The notes under the pieces: generated by a model
What the model saw: the letters and a program-made list of their open reading frames with translations, nothing else
Told to the model about the DNA's origin: nothing
Database searches by the model: none
Made by a program: the position numbers and the translations under genes
Part shown: piece by piece, positions 58,891-64,000 of the stretch
Numbering within the stretch: position 1 is the stretch's first letter
How the letters are laid out: the number at the start of each line of letters is the position of its first letter
Origin: Centroscyllium fabricii
Lineage: Eukaryota
Reading direction: 5' to 3'
NCBI GenBank assembly: GCA_051313645.2
Contig: JBNRSN020000006.1
Coordinates: 46,562,001 to 46,626,000 of the forward strand
DNA: 64,000 nucleotides

Positions 58891-59798
58891 CAAAAGCAAA
58901 ATACTGCAGATTCTGGAAATCGGAAATAAAAACAGAAAATGCTGGGAACACTTAGCAGATCAGGTAACACCTGTGGAGAGAGAAACAAGGTTAACGTTTC
59001 AGGTCAAAGATCTTACGTCAGAACTGGAAAAAGTTAGAGATGTAACATGTTTTAAGCAAGTGCAGAGGCTGAGAAAGGGGGGAGTGGAGGAAAGAACAAA
59101 AGGAAAGGTCTGTGATAGGGTGGAAGGCAGGAGTGATTAAATGATAAAAGATATGATTGTACAAAGCAAAAGGAGATGGTTATGGGCGACGTATCGTCAA
59201 TCAAACACGAAAGACGAGTAGTTACCCAAACTACAGGCTTTTATTCACTTACAATGGAGCTAGTCTCCTGTTGAGTTCAAGGCGAGAATGAGCGGGGGCA
59301 GGGCGGCCCTCACCTATATGCTCCCACCTGAGGGGAGGAGTTAAAGGTGTGGCTGACCTGGCCTTGCACACGATGTACAGAGTTGAAGGTGAACACATCC
59401 GTATATATACACACAATGTACAGAGTTGAAGGTGAACACATCCGTATATATACACACAATGTACAGAGTTGAAGGTGAACACATCCGTATATATACACTG
59501 GTAATTACGGTTACCACAATGGGACAAGTAAAGAAACAACAGCTGGGTCCAGAAGCGGTGTAAATGGCTATAGCAGAATCATCAGCAGCTGCCATCTGAA
59601 AAAATGAGGGCAGAGGTTATGGTCTGAAATTGTTGAACTCGATGTTGAGGTCAGAAGCCTGTAAAATGCCTGATGGAAAGATGAGGTGTTGTTCCTCGAG
59701 CTTACGTTGAGCTTCATTGGAACAATGTAAGAGGCCAAGGAGAGAGAGGTCAGAGAGCGAATAGAATGGAGAATTAAAGTGACAGGCAACCGGAAGCA
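58891..59798 (-). mobile_element. Penelope-like 3' part with degenerate hammerhead, split by a solo LTR
   Basis: LPVACHFNS..SDLS..EAQRKLEEQHLIF; inverse of 26758-27690. Confidence 0.8.
59187..59518 (-). mobile_element. Solo LTR related to Gypsy B, with a 43-bp x3 tandem repeat (59375-59498)
   Basis: Minus-strand termini TGTGGTAACCG...TTGACGATACGTC; TSD ATGGG. Confidence 0.85.
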
Positions 59799-59800
59799 CT

Positions 59801-60940
59801 GGGCTGAATCTTAACTCAAAAAGTTGGGTGGGTGTGATTGTGTCAGATGTTAAAATGCAAAAAATCTGGAACAGGACCCAAACCCGCCTTGAACCGGCCC
59901 ACTTCCAGTTTTAATGGAGGCAGGAAAAGTGGTGGGCGACCAATCTGCTCATGGGAAGTGGGTTGGTCTTTTTAAATATTATAATGAGGCTGCCTGCCTT
60001 CATTTTAACACTCATTCTATTTTTAACCACAGGCAGCCGAATTTCCCAGACCTCAAGAAACCGGGCAGCTTAAAGGAGGCAAGAGGGGCTGAATCTAAGG
60101 TAAATGCCTCACAAGACTGCTTGTGGGCCAGGAGGAGCAGGAGTGTTTCCTCTAGGCACAACAAGCTACCCAGTAACCCCCTCTCCCCGCGATCTATCTG
60201 CTCCCCTCGCCCAACCACCACCATCCCCCCAGACCACCATCACACCCTCCCACAACTGAGACCACCAGACCACCATCGCACCCCCTCACAACTGAGACCG
60301 CCAGACCACCATAGCACCCCTCACACTGAAACCGCCAGACCACCATCGCACCCCCTCACAACTGAGACCGCCAGACCACCATAGCACCCCCTCACACTGA
60401 GACCGCCAGACCACCATCGCACCCCCTCACAACTGAGACCGCTAGACCACCATAGCACCCCCTCACACTGAGACCGCCAGACCACCATCGCACCCCCTCA
60501 CAACTGAGACCACCAGACCACCATCACACCCTCCCACAACTGAGACCACCAGACCACCATCACACCCTCCCACAACTGAGACCACCAGACCACCATCGCA
60601 CCCCCTCACAACTGAGACCACTAGACCACCATCACACCCTCCCACAACTGAGACCACCAGACCACCATCACACCCCCTCACAACTGAGACCGCCAGACCA
60701 CCATAGCACCCCCTCACACTGAGACCGCCAAGCCAACATCGCACCCCCTCAGAACTGAGACCGCCAGACCACCATCACACCCCCTCACAACTGAGACCAC
60801 CAGACCATCATCTCTCCCCCTCACAACTTATACCAACAGACCACCATCACACCCCCTCACAACTGAGACCCCCAGACCACCATCGCACCCCCCACAACTG
60901 AGACCGCCAGACCACCATTGGACCCCCCCAAATTGGGACA
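59801..60940. mobile_element. Harbinger-like element (family of 10135-10973), truncated after the minisatellite
   Basis: Shared blocks AATGAGGCTGCCTGC and GGCAGCT.AAGG.AGGC. Confidence 0.5.
60229..60919. repeat. ~36-bp C-rich minisatellite, about 19 units
   Basis: Unit CCAGACCACCATC(A/G)CACCCCCTCACAACTGAGACC(A/G). Confidence 0.95.
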
Positions 60941-61039
60941 CCGCTCCACGATCTGTGAAATGTGCTTTGAGACATCCGGTGATCTTGAAAGGCGCTATAT
61001 AAAGATAAGTGTTTCTTTCTGTTCTGGAAATTACTGCGT

Positions 61040-64000
61040 TGTGGTGGGTCGCCACCTAAACGGGCAAATCTGCTCCGACATCCACGGACGCCTCACCAGG
61101 CAACACGCCTGCAAGACTCTACTCGCTCAGAGCTCGGCTGCTGACGCGCTGACGTCATCACGCAGCCGTACCGGTATGCGCACTCTTGTCATGACGCAGC
61201 CATACCCGCTTACGGGCTGACGTCATGATGCAGCCCGCCCTGTATATATTTGAATGAAAGAGCGCGAATCGCTCACTCTGTACCGCGATGCTACTAAAGT
61301 AAGTTCTGTTTAACTCATTCGGTCTCGGCATCTACTCGTGTCCACCAGCAGCCTCAACACTGGTGACCCCGACACTCGGAACGAATTCCGAGCCCTGCAA
61401 TGGCGGACACAAATGCAGTTTCGGTCATACTGCCTGAGTTCTGGGAAAACCTGGCCACAGCCTGGTTCCTCCAAGCTGAGTCCCGGTTCAGGATACAGTG
61501 AATCAACAGAGGTGGCACGATGTACGACTACCTCGTCGCCTCGCTGAGTAGCTCCACGGTCACGAAGGTCTGGACAATGCTGCAGAACCCACCTGAGCAT
61601 GGCAAGTAAGCACATCTTAAAGCAGTGCTCCTTAAAAAAGTCACGGCCTCCCAATATACACGCAACTGCCGGCTCCTCGACCTTCCAGGCCTCGGTGACG
61701 CCTCACCGTCAGACCTGCTCTCCCATATGCTCTCGCTCACAGAGGAGAAGCCACCAGGGTCCCTCTTCCGAGCGTTATTCATCCGCCAGCTACCACCCAG
61801 CATCTGGTCCACTGTCGTGGCAGCTGACCACAAGGACCTAGCTGTTCTGGCCGATGAGGCCGACAAGCTCCTGTCTGCCCAATCCAGCCGCGACACCATC
61901 TCCAACATGGCCGCCGCCGCCACGGCGCACCCGCCACATCCTTCACACGGCCACAAGGCCCACGCGGCCGACGCGACCCTCAAGCCCTCCGAACCCGGGG
62001 TACTGCTACTACCACGCACGGTTCAGCATCAGGGCGTTACGGTGCACACAGCCCTGCACCTTCAAACCCGCCCTCACACCGGCCCCTACCATGGCCGTGG
62101 GGCACGCGGGCCCACTACTGTACATCACGGATGGCAAAACAGGCCGCCGTTTCCTGTGCGACACTGGTGCACAGCACAGCATTGTTCCCGCCTCCGCCCT
62201 CGAAATTCAAAAAGGGCGCACGAGGACCAGCACTCGCTGCTGCAAACGGGTTGGACATCCGGACGTACGGCACCCGCACGGTCACAATCGACCTCGCCGG
62301 TCGCCGCTACCAATGGGAGTTTATCGCAGCTAAGGTACTCTCACCCCTGCTCGGTGCGGATTTCCTGTGCGCACACGGCCTACTGGTCGACATGTCCTGG
62401 CGCCGCCTCGTGGACATGAACACCATGTCCCCCATCCCTGGCACCATGGCCCCTGCCCAGCCCGCCTACTCGGCACTCCTGGCCGAGTTCCCGGCCCTCA
62501 CCAACGCAACCTTCACAGCTAAGGTCGCCAAGCACGGGGTGGAACATTTCATCCCCACCACAGGGCTGCCAGTACATGCCCACGCCCGCAGGCTGGACCC
62601 GGCCAACCTGGAGATCGCGCGGAACGAGTTCGCCATGATGGAGCAACTCGGTATCATCCGCCGCTCCAACAGCCCCAGGGCCTCCCCACTCCACATCGCC
62701 CCCAAACCCGACGGGGGCTGGCGCCCCTGCAGGGATTACCGCCGCCTTAACGATGCCACTACACCTGATCGGTACCCCGTACCACACATTCAGGACTTTT
62801 CGGTGAGACTAGTCGGCTGCTCAGTCTTCTCCTAAGTCGACCTGGTGCGCGGATATCACCAAGTCCCCGTCCATGCCAACGACATCCCCAAGACGGCCGT
62901 AATTACACCCTTCGGCCTGTTCGAGTTCCAGAGAATGCCCTTCGGCCTCAAAAGCGCAGCCCAGGTATTCCAGCGGCTAATGGATTCGGTCCTACGGGAC
63001 CTGAAGTTCCTGTTCGTCTACCTGGATGACATCCTGATAGCCAGCTCCTTCAAACAGGAGCACCTCAAACACCTTAGAACTCTGTTCAAGTGTCTCAGCG
63101 AACACTGGCTCATCCTCAGCCCGGCCAAGTGCCAGTTCGGCATGGACCGCATCGACTTCCTCGGCCACCACATCACCCAGGCCGGCGCCATTCCCCTGCC
63201 CACCAAGGTGCAGACCATCCAGCAGTTCCCCCGCCCCAACACCATCAAGGGCCTACAAGAGTTCCTGGGGATGGTGAACTTTTACAACCGCTTCATCCCC
63301 AAATCGGCATCCCTCATGGGCCCCCTCTACCAAGCCCTCTGAGGCAAGAGCGGCAAGATGGCGGTCGAATGGACGGCGGATGCCTCCGCTTCCACCAAAT
63401 CAGCGCTCGCCGATGCCACCCTGCTCACACATCCACAGCCCAACGCCAAAGTAGCACTCACCATGGACGCCTCCGACCACGCGGTCGGAGCTGTGTATGA
63501 GCAGTGGGTCGACGGCGCCTGGCAGCCCCTCGCCTTTTTCAGCTGCCAACTGTGCCCCCCAGAGGTGAACTACAGCTCCTTTGACCGCGAGCTCCTCGCG
63601 CTGTACCTGGCGGTCCACCATTTTTGGTTCTTGCTGGAGGGCCACCCCTTCACCGCGTTTGTCGACCACAAACCCCTGACATTTGCGATGGCAAAAGCAA
63701 CCGACCCTTGGTCTGCCAGACAGCAGCGCCAGCTTGTAGCTGTGTCCGAATTTACCATGGACATCCAGCACGTCTCCGGTCGAGACAACGTGGTAGCCGA
63801 CTGCCCCTCCTGCCCAGCCATCCACGCCATACACCTGGCAGTCAACTACGGCCAGCTCGCAGCGGACCAGCTCACAGACCCTGACCTGCTCTCCGCACCC
63901 ACCAGCCTACCCTGCCTGCAGTTGGCCGACGTCGCCTGCGGCCCTACCGCGGTCGCAATCAAATGCGACGTGTTCCTGCCCCAACCCCGGCCCATCGTCC
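61040..64000 (+). mobile_element. CsRn1-like Gypsy E (5' LTR 61040-61359, tRNA-Trp-type PBS, gag, protease, RT, RNase H; runs off the window)
   Basis: PBS TGGTGACCCCGAC at 61361; gag start MADTNAVSVILPEFW; FLCDTGA; TPDRYPVPHIQDF; YLDD; DASD; several stops and frameshifts. Confidence 0.92.

Noticed and set aside
60229-60919. 36-bp repeat array as CRISPR
   Set aside because: Units are contiguous with no unique spacers, there are no cas genes, and the context is eukaryotic.

Overview
This is eukaryotic, vertebrate-type DNA, most likely from a cartilaginous fish (shark). That inference comes from HE1-like V-SINEs with CR1-type (TTTCTATG)n tails, SacSINE1-like DeuSINEs and abundant CR1 LINEs. Almost the whole window is layered transposable elements. 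There are five Gypsy-type LTR retrotransposons with internal sequence (two CsRn1-like at the window edges, two Mag-like, and a nested pair at 29.2-41.4 kb, all counted by copy as six insertions), several solo LTRs, and CR1, Zenon-like CR1, L2, RTE and RTEX LINEs. It also holds Penelope-like elements with minimal hammerhead ribozymes, TA-flanked MITEs and Harbinger-like non-autonomous elements with 3-bp target-site duplications (TSDs). No host gene is established; one weak 51-nt exon candidate lies at about 45.0 kb. The most interesting signal is the nested Gypsy pair. Both elements lack a tRNA primer-binding site (PBS). Instead each has a 13-14 nt sequence complementary to its own LTR poly(A)-signal region, with compensatory changes between the two families. 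Both also have a U5-terminal hairpin and a YLDN rather than YxDD reverse transcriptase (RT) active site, which suggests a self-priming lineage. Family names come from motif recognition, not database searches, and boundaries of old fragments are approximate.
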